This document shows positions 45,415 to 57,805 of a stretch of DNA of 64,000 nucleotides, one piece after another; within the stretch, counting starts at the first letter, position 1; each line of letters begins with the position of its first letter. The translations under genes and the position numbers were made by a program. This DNA is from an uncultured Nitrososphaeraceae archaeon. Its GTDB lineage: Archaea > Thermoproteota > Nitrososphaeria > Nitrososphaerales > Nitrososphaeraceae. Location: NCBI GenBank assembly GCA_963825865.1, contig CAWGVG010000062.1, positions 164,940 through 228,939 of the forward strand, written 5' to 3'. A model generated the notes under the pieces. It did no database searches, had not been told where the DNA came from, and saw only the letters and a list, made by a program, of their open reading frames with translations.

Positions 45415-46616
45415 ATTCTGAGTATAATGTCATCTCTATATTTCACTTGAGGAAGTTACTGCTGATTTATTTAGTATAATTTATTGCTGTATTATTTAGA
45501 ATAAGTATTGAGAATATCAAACGAGGTGAAGTTATTTATCTATTTGTTAATCATAGATATTCAACATAACTAAATTATAAATAAAACCTTCAGACGAACC
45601 TTAGTATGGTTAAGATTAAGGACACTAAAGTTTTAGGACAAATCTACGTTCAATGATAAAAATTAGAATACAGAATAAACATGTTTTGTAATAAATCATG
45701 CAGTCATAAATTGAAAAGTCATGCATTCTCTTCGAAGGTATCATTTAACCTCTTTATGAACAATAAAGTCATTACTGGCTATTCTGTATGTCTATTCTTT
45801 CATCAAGTTGCTGTGATTGTTTGGCTCCTTCAATTAGACTTGCTAAAACAATACTAAAAGGATAGATTCAATTGACTAATCATCTTCTGCTGTTGAAATA
45901 TCAAAGCCATAAACAAGACTTTCAGCAGAGAATGACTCTCCTTTAAAGCTGGCTACTCTGACATAATCATTATTTTTCACGCATTCAGAAAGCATCTTGT
46001 TAAAGAGAATTCTATTTTCTTCTCTCAGAGCATATTCAAAATCTTTTCATGACTCTATTTCTTCCTAACTTTATTGGTTCGATATTATGCTAACTAAAAT
46101 CACTTAATTGAATATTCCTTTTTTTATCAATAGAACCAAGGATTAAAATGAAAAGAATCTTTTCTGACACATGTGACATATATCATACAAAAATGGCATC
46201 TTACAGCCTATCCTTTTCGCATCTATAGATCATACCACATTTTGTACATTGATGATACTCAATACTTCTTAATGTCTTGACACTATTTTAAGAAGTCTTT
46301 TATACAGAATACTAGAATCTTTGACTATATGATATAATAAACTCATTCTATTATTATTTTATATTTTATTAGTATTAGTTAAAATATATTGAAATTACAA
46401 TAGAAAAAATTGTTTATTATTATAAGAGTGTTTATAGTATATTAATGTGCCGTCAACTGAAGGGAATCTAAATATCACCAACTGTCAAATCTTTTGGTAA
46501 TACTTTATTTACAACATGCTATTATGACATTAAGATAAAACCAATCAGAATCGCAACAGAATGAAATCACTGTAATATAAAAAAATGATGGAGAGTTTTT
46601 TCTGCTGCCTGTATGG

Positions 46617-46895
46617 CTATCCTGTTCCTGTACCAAACTGCACTCCAGCATCTAGCAGACATTGGATTAACTGAGCTATTGTTGATTCGGAAACTCCTTC
46701 TATGTCGCGTAGAACAGATTGCAATATTGATATTGATATTTCAGATAGTCGTGGACATAAGTCCGTAAAACTAGTAACTGCTAACTCCCTGAGTAGTGCG
46801 GATATTTGTGTGCTGGTAAGGAACTTTGTGAAACATTGTTCGCAAGTTAGTTTTACTGGTGTTGTTTGATTACCTTGTTGCACTGCTACTGCTCC
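46617..46895 (-). pseudogene. Orphan C-terminal module E of the secreted-protein family
   Basis: 'PVKLTCEQCFTKFL...LIQCLLDAGVQFGTG' without a signal peptide or N-terminal motif. Confidence 0.75.
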
Positions 46896-47063
46896 AAAGG
46901 GATAGGAGAGTCACTATGACTTTTTACTTTAGAATTCCACTCTTTTAATCCAGAACACATGTATCAAGAACTAACAGGTGAAGAGGATATTCAAACTATT
47001 GATGGAAAGTGATAAGGATTTGCTAACAAAGCTATACGAAGGAGAAAGGAAGACACGTAAAAT

Positions 47064-47552
47064 ATGCGAGAAGACGGAAGCCGATTAGGAATAATTGCGA
47101 CAAGAGTGCTCCCTTCAGAAGCTTTGAGTGAACAAATGTATGTCTCGCCAGAAACTGAAGAAGGAAAAACTGCCATAGTAGTTAAACTTGAATATGTATC
47201 ACTAGCCTATTTCGCATTACGTCATGTGGCCATACATTTGTTTGAGACCCAGCAGATATTGAAAATAAAGGATGAAGAGACTGATGAGGCGATAAACACT
47301 TTCAAGATATTGGTGGCATACATAAACGGCCGTGAGTTCCAACAAGGCATCTGTTATATCGACAACGCGATAAAAGATGCAGAGGCAACAAGAAATCACT
47401 TGAATCAGATAAGAGCTTACATCAACACAAATATCGACAAATCAGTCAAGTTACAAAATTCTGTTGAAGAGAATCTGAACCATGCGAGGGACCTAATAGG
47501 AAAACTGAGAGAATTGCTTAACGGAAGCACTACTTCCCTTGAACACAAATAG
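47064..47552 (+). pseudogene. C-terminal fragment of a coiled-coil (DUF2130/RmuC-like) protein
   Basis: 'LGIIATRVLP' followed by a coiled coil; weak family resemblance only. Confidence 0.35.
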
Positions 47553-47680
47553 AGTTCAATATGATGAAAAATAGTATGTGACGTGTGACGGAATTTAAGA
47601 CTCATTTACCGCTCAAGATATTTAGCTATTTTCTGAAGCTGATCCCAACCTTCTATTATGTCTATACTATTTTTCCACCA

Positions 47681-48594
47681 TTAATCAAATGGGGGCCTAT
47701 TTGTAGTATTTTTTATTTCACTATACTGTCCTCTAGCCACAATGTCTGGAGAGGGAATATTAAAGCAGGCTTCTTTTGAAAGGATCCACCTATCATGAAT
47801 AGATGACTTCAATTTAGGATCGACCATTACTCTTAGTTCGCTTACAATATTATGGTTATTCAACATCTCATTTCTGAAATCTTTAAATGATCGTCGCAAA
47901 TTGTCATCTGCTTTGTCTATAGAAATGAGGATTTTGATATTCTTTATTCGTCCTTTATCCGCAGACTGGATAAGTAATCTGAGCCCCTCATTTGAGAAAT
48001 ACTTGTCTATCCAATAAATAAAATCATCACATGATTCGATCGCTTGTAACATAGCAAGCTTATTACTGAACGGTTTGTTTGGTGTGATCAGAGTTTGTGT
48101 TTGGAAGGATTCAGAAATACCGATGAACTCTTTAATTTTGAGGATTAATTCATTTTCTCTTTCCGCATTTCCTTAAAGTCTGTGGTAAGCTGTGTATCTA
48201 CTGCGCCTGAATATGCGTTAGAAAATACAGGGGACCAGTACCACGTTTTCATCTTCTTATCACATTTAACCTTGTTTTCGTTCTTTTCTATCTCTTTAAA
48301 TAGAGCGGCAAGAATTGGAATCATAGGAGCAAAAGGAAGGTCACTTACACTCTTTACTCCATATCCGTCGCGTAAATTCTCCAGTTTCTGAATAGATGAA
48401 TCCAAGAAGGTAGACATTTCATCCCATAATTTATCAAAAGATAGTTCACTGCCACTGAATATGTTTTGGTAAATATTTAGGATATCTTCTCTTTTACATG
48501 CACTGGTCTTGTTATAACACAGACCAGTGTATGTGCAAATATATTGCCTACAGTAAATGTGTTTGTTAATTCGACTATAGAAGAATTGTTTCAT
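47681..48594 (-). pseudogene. Internally deleted DUF262/GmrSD-like restriction protein with a PLD-like C-terminal domain
   Basis: 'WYWSPVFSNAYSGAVDTQLTTDF'; 'IYWIDKYF...IHDRWILS'. Confidence 0.55.
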
Positions 48595-49037
48595 GAACGC
48601 CAGACAATTAAAAATGTCTTGACAACTTTGGGACCGGGCCTATACATAGCAATCATGACGACAGATGACCTGAAGAAGGTGTATAAGAAATGATACGTTA
48701 TATGGCGCATGCGATTAATGATAACAACAAAGAATCTAATGAGCCTGATTATGATTATGATGATGAAAAGTCTGATAAAGTAGGTGAAGATAAACAAGAA
48801 CAGGAAACTGGGGAAATAACAATAAATCCAGTTTTTTGATTATCGTTGCCACACATTTTGAGTTCCTGTCCTCACATGGATTGAACAAAGTCCAGAATGG
48901 AGAAAGTCAGGCGACTTGGTTTTGTATACAGTGATAGAGAAGGATAAAGATATCTACATAGAGATAGATTAAATTATCTTATCTCTTTTATTCTCTCCTC
49001 TACTAATTCATCTTTGTCTTCATAATCAGATTCAGGC

Positions 49038-49215
49038 TGTATGTGAGGGATATCGAGCGAAGATAAACCCGCATATTGTCATGGTTTCTGCACCATACAA
49101 ACCAGTTGATGTATTAGAACAAATAGAGAGATCCAAATTCTATATTCAAAAAATTATCATATCATTATTCAGTCGGATTAGGTAAAATCTATAACACGGA
49201 AGAACTTGACAAAGG
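49038..49215 (+). pseudogene. Internal fragment of a related terminase large subunit
   Basis: VCEGYRAKINPHIVMVSAPYKP...YHYSVGLGKIYN, homologous to ~36586-36765. Confidence 0.8.
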
Positions 49216-49359
49216 ACGTTAAGAACTATATATCAAATATTGAAGGACAAAGGCTGAAGGTACTGCGATATTAGGATCTGTTATTATACAAACATATTGT
49301 CTTTAAAATCCTAATTTCTTGAATCCGTCCTATCAATGCTATACGTTTTGGATCTATTT

Positions 49360-49700
49360 CTTCTGGGATATTCAACGCATAATCAACGACAGGTGTTATT
49401 ACTTTTTCCCAATCAGAGTTTGGTAATATCTCAATCTCATTATTCTCTTTTTCTTTGCAATTCCAAAGCCATCTAATAAAATACTTGATACGCTGCAGAT
49501 AATCATTCCACGTTCTAATCCATCTTTTGTCTGGATTTTGCCACTCAATCTTTTATTTTAGTATCTAAAAAAGCAAGAATATGTTCCTTTTTATTAATGC
49601 TATAACGGTCATTATTAGGACCCAAGAACTTGGCAAAATATATCATTATCTTTAGATTACCATTTTGATAGCTTCTGATGTGCCATTTGTTTTCATATAT
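49360..49700 (-). pseudogene. Integrase N-terminal domain remnant
   Basis: 'KEHILAFLDTKIK...PDKRWIRTWNDYLQRIKYFIRWLWN'. Confidence 0.6.
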
Positions 49701-50151
49701 TGATGGAAATCGCGTAAAAGTCGGCGTTTGTAGAGTTTGGTATTGAGGTAATGGTGTTAATTGTAGTTGAGAGAATTTCATTGGCATCGGCTAATCGACC
49801 TCCTCGCTGATGATGTATCTACATAATTTGCAGTATATAAACCCGTATAGTTAGCGGGTTCGGTGGAATCCATGCCGATATCGGTGCTAAAAGTAGGTTC
49901 CTAGAATATAGTAAAGGAGTGTTAATTTTTAAAGGTTTTTGTTTCGTGTATTTGTTTCCATGCGAACAAATTATAATTGTTGAATGTCATTATATTATTG
50001 GTATACGTAGAATGCTGGATAGATTACTCACACGCCCTGCTACTTGCAAAGTATGCGGATTAACGGCTCGTAACAAAGAAGAACTTGAAGACCATGTTAA
50101 TCATGCACACAAAGGAGAATAAGAACGTGAATTACAGGGAAGGAGGATAGC

Positions 50152-50643
50152 CTATGACCATACTTTTGTCCACTGCATCGTATTAACAGAAGACACCCTT
50201 AAATCATAGTCAATTCCTCTATAACCCGTATTATTGTCAAAGTCGCTATCAATTAGAATGCCATAACTCACCCGGTCAAATTTTACAGGCTTCGTTAAAA
50301 AAGGGAAACCAGTCCAAAGAGTGGCATTTAAAAATTTATCATTCTTAACATAATCAACCGCCGTAATACCTGCTATTGCCGCTAGCGAGAAATAAGGAGA
50401 TTCATATTTTCCCGATGACATATTAAAGAATTTATTGGATGTATTCTCGGAAATTTCTCCACTAATATTAGGTACTATGTTGTTATCACCAAATATGTTT
50501 CTCAATTCTTGGACAATAATAGTCCTTACTTGTTTGGCATCAGATGAGGAAAGGGCAGACACGGAAGAATCAGGCAAAACCGCTAATTTAGGCGTCGCCA
50601 GAATAATTATGGCTATTATTACTAACATACGCTTAGGAATCAA
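50152..50643 (-). CDS. Exported hypothetical protein (probably truncated)
   Basis: Signal peptide; 'YGILIDSDFDNNTG...IDY'. Confidence 0.55.
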   Translation of the reverse strand: MIPKRMLVIIAIIILATPKLAVLPDSSVSALSSSDAKQVRTIIVQELRNIFGDNNIVPNISGEISENTSNKFFNMSSGKYESPYFSLAAIAGITAVDYVKNDKFLNATLWTGFPFLTKPVKFDRVSYGILIDSDFDNNTGYRGIDYDLRVSSVNTMQWTKVWS

Positions 50644-50929
50644 TAGTTAAACTCATTTAGTAAACCATCTAACTAATAGATTTAGCGAATACCAAATACA
50701 ATATCGCCACTGCAAACACAATACTTTAAGATTATTCTGTATATGTAGCAGCATCTGACATTTAGACTGTACTTATGAGGCGACAGCTTCTATATGGCCC
50801 GTTTTTTTATTCCGTCATTCTATTGAGAGTATATAATCAGTACATGGCAATTGATCTAGTATTATAACAATTAGAATTTATTGAAAATTATATCTTTTCT
50901 GGTAGGCTTCTGTTTTTCATTCAGTCCCA

Positions 50930-51629
50930 CTAGCCTGTATATCCACATTCACCTGATAGTGGAGAATTAACTATTGGCAAAGCCATATCTTCGCCACATT
51001 CATGTAGCTTCAGACAATTGCCACAGAATGAAGCTTGTTTTATACTCCTTTCAGATCTACAGATTGAACAAATGTTTGTTGCAGTTGATTCTTTACATGT
51101 ATGACATTCAAACAAAATGGGATCGTTCCTGGCAACAAGCCGAACTGGTTTTCTACCTTTCTTTATTTTGCCAAGTCTACCTGAAATGACTTTAAGGATT
51201 AGTTCGGTAGAACTACCAAAGTCATATACATATTCAAAAATCATGCCTGGTTCGAGGATTTTGTTTAACTTAACTCGCATACTCCTACTACTGAACCAGG
51301 GATATGGCTGAATTTCGTATCTCTGGCTGTTAATAGTAAAGTCTAAGAAAGGAATCAATATCTTCAAGTTTGCACATGCCATCTGCTTCCATGAATAACC
51401 AGTATTCTGGAAAATATTTTGAAGAAACTTTCAGTAGGTATACAATATGGTGTTGAGCAGTATTGTTATTCTTATTGTTATTTCTCAATAATATGTATTC
51501 TCTATCTTTGGACTGAGAAGATGGTGATGCGTGTCTAACCTTGCATGATTCCAGATGACGAGCCATTATGGTACCAGAAAAATTTCCTGAACAATAGGCG
51601 CATTTTCCCAATGTCAAGAGCCTTGTCAC
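50930..51629 (-). pseudogene. pRiA4b ORF3-like (IS1096 passenger TnpR-type) protein, frameshifted
   Basis: 'CKLEDIDSFLR', 'YVYDFGSSTELILKV', 'PIVNSPLSGECGY'. Confidence 0.75.
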
Positions 51630-51729
51630 ACCTCACAATAGCAGATTTTGAATAAATGTATTGTTATATTTCTCTATGTGTATATGTGTGTGTATGAGAC
51701 TGCCTAAAATTGTAATCATTGGTCAGAGA

Positions 51730-52150
51730 TTAATCACTGTTAGCAACACATGTGGCTACAACATATCTTGTATTCTTAATCGGAATCGAGTATATTATGC
51801 CATATATTTTCTCTAACGCTAGTCTGATAAACTGAAGCATGAGAAAGTATGTGAATTTAGTATCATATTTTCTTCCATATCTACCAGATGTTATTTTACT
51901 CAGGTAGATCCATTTGTCGTATATCCACTCATTTTGTATTGTAAATGATATGAGTATGAAAAGCAAGCGAAGTACAGCACTCTTAGAAGACGTTCTCGCT
52001 CTGCTCTTTTTCATGATTTTGTACGCTGACTCTATACCTTCTTATCCATACAATAGATTTTTTTGCTGATTTATCATTTATCACCCAATTCAATAATGTA
52101 AATTGTAAAAATGATATGACCATTATGGCAATAGGCTGAACCAGAGGCAA
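51730..52150 (-). pseudogene. ISH3/IS4-like transposase C-terminal remnant
   Basis: 'GIESAYKIMKKSRARTSSKSAVLRLLFILIS'. Confidence 0.6.
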
Positions 52151-52280
52151 TAAGAAAGCGCTAACCAGTTACAATTGCAAGACACGCGAACAACACTTAG
52201 GTACTCATTATTATACATTTACTGTACTACCTTTGTATGCTACTTTGGTTATATAATATCTGACTTGATAGTACTCTCCT

Positions 52281-53160
52281 CTACTTTGTATGGCCATCGT
52301 TAAACGCAATAGTAATAGTAGTCTCATCAGAGATAATTGCATCTGCAACTTGTGTAATGCCACCTATTTTTAGATTTACTGTTCGTGGCTCCGAGATACT
52401 TAAAATCTTCCCTTCAATTAACAGCTCATTCATAAGTGGATTTGATAAATGGCCGATTGGTGTTGTCCTATCGGCTGTTTTTGCTTTACCGTTTCCATTA
52501 TTGATCTCGGTCTGATCGTCATTATTTCTGATATCAGTATGGCATTGATCAGGACTCATTATTTCATTTTCAGGTAAAATATTTTGTTCTCTAAGTTTCT
52601 TCAATTCAGCCATAGTCTTTTCTATAACTACATCAACATGCTTAATGACGTCTTCGTGGTCATTAAAAGAAGCATTATGACTATTATCCAATCCACGCTT
52701 CATATATGGACAGATAGCATTACATCCTTTGCACCAATCGCCAGGAACTATGATTCGCTTATCAGATATCATTTCATCAGCTTTGCGAGTCAGCCTCGCC
52801 AGATCTTTTATTAGCACATCTTTAATGAATGTATTATAGATTACAACGACGTCTTCAGTAGGAACTCTTATTTTTATTAGTACATCCACATCAATTAGGT
52901 ACCGTTCTATTTGGTTGAAATGATCACTTTTGACTGAATGCCCAGTTTTGATTTCAATTGCAATGTTTTTTCTACCATATTCTAAGATAATTCTCATATT
53001 ATCGAATTGTATTCCGATGTCCAATTTTCCAAAAGATAAAGTCCTCAGACTTTACTGTCACTAAATCGCTAAATTCATCTACAATGGCATCTATTATTTT
53101 CTTTTTAATCCATTCGTGTTTCGCGTTATAGAATTCTTCTGCATTGTTGCATAACTTGCG
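52281..53160 (-). CDS. PD-(D/E)XK nuclease-like protein with a truncated OB-fold tail
   Basis: 'LDIGI...IAIEIKTG...QIERY'; 'EGKILSISEPRTVNLK...VADAIISDET'. Confidence 0.6.
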
Positions 53161-53589
53161 GTTCTCTTGATATCGTTAAAATATATGCTCAGTGTCATCC
53201 TATAGACATATACGACGACGTTATATGTTAAACACATACGCTATTACGCACAGACGAATTTGTAAAAGCTAAGTATTATTGCTGTATCTTGATAGTAATG
53301 CATTCTGATCCTTTCGGCTCTGAGCAGCTCTATGGTACTACTAACAAACAGAAAACATAGACGATAACATTAGAAACATCATTAGGTAAGCATTTAAAGC
53401 CACCCAAACAGAATCAAGGCCTTCCTTTTCAGCCTCCTTTGCAATATACAGAACGTTTTCTCTTGTGGCAGAATCTCCAGATTGTGGCAATAGTATTCCG
53501 GCTTTCATAACATATATACGAATAAGTTATAACATGTTCAACATTACACTGTACACCCTGGACTGATTTGTTACCACTACCTACCCCTT

Positions 53590-54738
53590 GTGCTTTTGCT
53601 TCTTCGTAGATACTACTGGGAGCGAGTGCCAGGTACTATAGCCAGTATTACTATTGTAGCGATTACTAATGTTCTTAGATGGCCCTTGAGTACCAATTTT
53701 ATACAGCCTGATACAAAATTCTTTGCTGGAATACCACAGTTCATCCGATATGATAATAGACCGTTGGTTAACGTTATTGAAAAAAATTATTGGGATTCCA
53801 AGCGCTATCCCATATCGACTGATTATTTGAAAGGAGAACCAAGACTCCTCTTAGTCTCAGTAGACATTCTTGACGCAACAAGCGCTGTCACATTTGATAG
53901 CTATCTACGCAAAACACAATATCCTAAGGGCAAAATAGACGAAAGAGAAAATAAAGAAGATGATTCAAGTTATAGAGCCAATCAGAAGCAACAAGAAGAA
54001 CAACGACTAATAGAATATTCAGATGGGATTACAATGGAGCATGTAAGGGCTAGCATGTCTCCCCATACAGTAATTGACTATCCAAAATTTGAAGACATCC
54101 AAAATCAAGAAACAAGATATCTTTGGGACGGAGCGTTTCTAAGCAATACTCCACTGAGAGAATTGCTGCACCTCCATCGATACTACTGGCTTGATGTAAA
54201 AAAAGTAGAACATGTACCTCATCTAGAAGTATATATTATAAATCTATATCCTACAGTAGAAAGGAACCAAATAGACCCGCCAAAGGATGCTGATACCATT
54301 CAGGATAGAGAAATTGATATACGATTTCATGATAGAACACGATACGATGTAAAAGTAGCCAGGATGATTTCAGATTATTTGATATTGCATGGCCAGCTGA
54401 AAAATCTAGCAATAAAATGTATTAATGCATTGGCTGATGACGATATAAAGAAAGAATTTGACACAGAGTATAACAAGCTTCTTGACGAAATGAAACCTCA
54501 TAGTAAAGGTCGTAGCGGTAGTTCTAGGACTTATGGAGATCTAGTTAAAGGGAGATTTGACGTTACAAAGGTCATATATGTAAATAGGCTCGACGATGGT
54601 CAAACCATCTTTGGCAAGGCTTTTGAATTTTCCCGTGAGACCATGGAAAATCTAAGAGTTCAAGGTTATAAAGACGCACAAGTAGCCTTTGATTTCGCAG
54701 TGAACGCAGTGAAAGAGATAAAGAATGTTACGAAGTAA
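53590..54738 (+). CDS. Patatin-like phospholipase with a DUF3734-like C-terminus (N-terminal part missing)
   Basis: 'LLLVSVDI', 'EHVRAS', 'LWDGAFLSNTPLRE', 'EFSRETMENLRVQGY'. Confidence 0.75.
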   Translation: MLLLLRRYYWERVPGTIASITIVAITNVLRWPLSTNFIQPDTKFFAGIPQFIRYDNRPLVNVIEKNYWDSKRYPISTDYLKGEPRLLLVSVDILDATSAVTFDSYLRKTQYPKGKIDERENKEDDSSYRANQKQQEEQRLIEYSDGITMEHVRASMSPHTVIDYPKFEDIQNQETRYLWDGAFLSNTPLRELLHLHRYYWLDVKKVEHVPHLEVYIINLYPTVERNQIDPPKDADTIQDREIDIRFHDRTRYDVKVARMISDYLILHGQLKNLAIKCINALADDDIKKEFDTEYNKLLDEMKPHSKGRSGSSRTYGDLVKGRFDVTKVIYVNRLDDGQTIFGKAFEFSRETMENLRVQGYKDAQVAFDFAVNAVKEIKNVTK

Positions 54739-54912
54739 CTTCTGATTTATCAATTAGCTGCAAGTCTGCATGTATCTGTTCTTGATGTAACAATCTTTGC
54801 CTGTGTTCCAACAAGCAAAATGCTAAATCTAAGTATTGCAATAGTATTAAGCGTCTACTATTAGCAGAGATATTAAAGTACTAAGAATTGCAATAAATTT
54901 ATCAGTGTGTGA

Positions 54913-55326
54913 GTGAATACATACAATAACTGTAAATTTTACAGTTTTAATGCACGTATAACAAAATTGCAAGAGAAAGCAGAGCTATCAAATCCAAGAA
55001 ATAGACTAAAGAAGTTATTACAAGATATAGATAACCTTGAAAAATTCTATACAGACAGAGAATACAGAAACAAACTAGAATCAGCGAGCTACCTATTTTC
55101 AGATTATTTTGAATTAGAAAGAATACATGAACAGGAAGAAAAGTTGAAGGAGAAATTAAATTTACCACAGCATTGCACTATAAGATATGAAAAGGTAAAG
55201 TGCAGTAAAGATTGCAAGCATTATACAGACAAATATTATTATGCATATAATTGGGATTGCGATTCTAAGAAATTAAAGAAAAATTACATAGGAAAACAGT
55301 TGCCATTACCTGCTAATATTGTATAG
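54913..55326 (+). CDS. Small mobile-element DNA-binding-like protein (DUF6788-like)
   Basis: 'EKVKCSKDCKH...YYYAY...KLKKNYIGK'. Confidence 0.55.
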   Translation: MNTYNNCKFYSFNARITKLQEKAELSNPRNRLKKLLQDIDNLEKFYTDREYRNKLESASYLFSDYFELERIHEQEEKLKEKLNLPQHCTIRYEKVKCSKDCKHYTDKYYYAYNWDCDSKKLKKNYIGKQLPLPANIV

Positions 55327-56823
55327 TCAGTAACCTATTTTTTCAATATAAAGGGCCTTGCAAGTAAATCAAATGCGGCAATATTGCCGACAATGTTTTA
55401 TGTAAACTAATTTGTTGTATTAACACGCTATATGATATTACAATGTTAGCAACTCCTTATGTAAAATAGTAAAGATAAACTGTATCATAGAGCGTGGCTA
55501 ACTTACCAATATCGTTAGCTCCTTATGTAAAATCATAGAAAAGTTATCTTCTGCTGACAGTATCGTGAAGGCGTTACGTAAGTAAGTAAGTTCTAGCTAA
55601 TGCTACTATTACTGCTAATAATAATTATAATTCTTTTAGATGTGTCTGGCAAAGCAATCTGCGTATTCAATATATCATTTGTTGAATATGATCCAGTAAC
55701 GACCCAATAGGGTATTCTAATTAATCAATCGGTTAACCAGACAGAAGTTTTATTGTTGCAAATAGTCGGAATTTATTATGTCAACTGTACATGGAAGCTC
55801 CACGCATATCAAATATTACTGCAGATTCTTCCGAGATAGGCATATAAAGATAATTACTGATGAGCCAACGTTAGATGATGCACTTGATTTTAACAATTAC
55901 AGTCAAAGATTAGACTTGTAGATTGGAAAATATGTCTAAGTCTTGTTCGTTCTGCTTCATTGTTTTTTGCACCTTTCTTACATGAGTCTATCAGTCTGCT
56001 GTTTGTTTTGTTGTTGTTAATGCCGTAGTAGTTGGTGCTAGATAGTTCATTATTTCTTAGCCTTTACCTTTACCTTTGAACTTTCAGGCTTTGATGATTT
56101 TGATCTGCTGCTACTGTTGTTTGGCCATTTTGATCTGTAGTGACACCATAGGATAACTCTAGGCTCATCATTATTTTCAGGTATCGTAAACTGTGTAAGG
56201 TATAATTTCTGAATAGATTCTGCTTCGGTATTCTCAAAGTCGTTAAACTTGTCCTCTAGATCTTTAAGTTCGGTGGCTTCTGTCGGGATAATAGATTCAA
56301 AGAATTTGATTGGCATTGTGATTTATGCACGCATCGCTATCTTATTTTTGTTATCACTAAATCACAATAATTTTTCGGTATCAATGTCAATTTCGTTTTG
56401 CTTTATTTCCATTTCAAGATTCTGGACAACTATGTAGCTAACGTAATCGTCAAGTGATTTATGTCCAAGCATATAGGCCAGAGTATAAGCAGTTTTGTAG
56501 TGCTTCTTTATTACCTAACTCTTCTTCTGTATTCATACTTTTTTATCACCACTTCTCCAATCTTCTTCTTGCTTATTATTACCATATCCGTCGTCGTCCA
56601 ATTCTATCATTTGTTCTAAAACGAATGGATCTTCTCTGTCCTGTTCTAACTACCTTTTAGCAATTTATCATTTGAAGTGATAAGAAATTAAAGGCTAATG
56701 AATATAAAATAAAATAAAAGGCTGTTTCTACCTCCTACCAACTTATTTCAAAGTGAAGTCATAATAGGATTAATACACACTTATTTCTATGACATGAATT
56801 TTTTATTGATGATATTTTATAGT

Positions 56824-57050
56824 GTGCCTCTGTAGTGTAATTTGTTTACAGCGTGTGACCCTGCGACTGATCACATGTTAAAAGTATTCTATACCCTACA
56901 CAGACATAAGAAATTTTGTTTAGAATAGATAAAAAAATGGCTATTTCGAGGTTGACAGAAATGCAGAACAGAGAGTTATCTTTTAGATGCATAGCATACA
57001 ATGTGCACAGGCTAACTAACCTTGAATAATATAATGTTTTCCACACAACC
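56824..57050 (+). mobile_element. Internally deleted IS5-like remnant (MITE-like)
   Basis: Encodes a transposase C-terminus 'SRLTEMQNRELSFRCIAYNVHRLTNL'; degenerate ends GCCTCTGTAG and TTTCCACACAACC. Confidence 0.45.
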
Positions 57051-57805
57051 TATCATTACATTTCATTTCTCGCTCATTTTTATATAGTCTCTATTATCTT
57101 TAATTATCTTTCTTGTTTGTTACTATTATTATCATTCTTCTTGTGTCTTTTACGGTATATGCGAATGATTAAAGGTGCAACCACTGCACCAACCCCTGCT
57201 AGAAATGTCCATACACCAGTTATTGGTGTTATCCAAGTATTAACAAACATGGTAAAGAGCTCCTGTGTGGTGTAAGATGGTAATACAGTCAAGGTTAAAT
57301 TCGATGTCTGTGTCAAACTTACACTTTTTGAGTTACTAAAAACCTCGCCACCTCTGTTTGTGATTTTCGTTGGAAAAGAAATGTTTGCAAGTATGGGTAG
57401 GGTGTAAGATACTGTTCTGGAATTATCTAAAGCCTTTATATGCAAAGTAGAAGTACTTCCACTGGAGGACGGTATAGATACCTTATTTGGAATAAAAGTT
57501 AATGCTATACCTCCGCTATTAGAATAATTGTTATCATTAGTATTGGAATCAGTTAAAAGAGCTTCAGACGGAAGCTGAGTATTGCCCTTTATGGTTAGTC
57601 CAACATCCTTTTCTTCTCCAGGTCTTAATACAACTGAACCAGGAGTTGTTGATATGATAAACTCTGGAGGTGGAATGATAACCCAGTTAGTTGTATCAAT
57701 TAATCTACAGAAATGGTGATTTTTTACAAAATAATCTGTAATATAAAAGACTGCCCTATATTGTTGTGGAAAATTGACTTTTTCCAAATTAAATGAAAAC
57801 AGAAT

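Noticed and set aside
25385-46895. Diversity-generating retroelement as the explanation for the paralogous cassettes or the 160-bp repeat
   Set aside because: No reverse transcriptase is seen, the 160-bp copies are identical, and the paralog differences are not adenine-specific.
49845-49900. GC-richer stretch with GGTTCG near an integrase remnant
   Set aside because: Does not fold into a tRNA cloverleaf.
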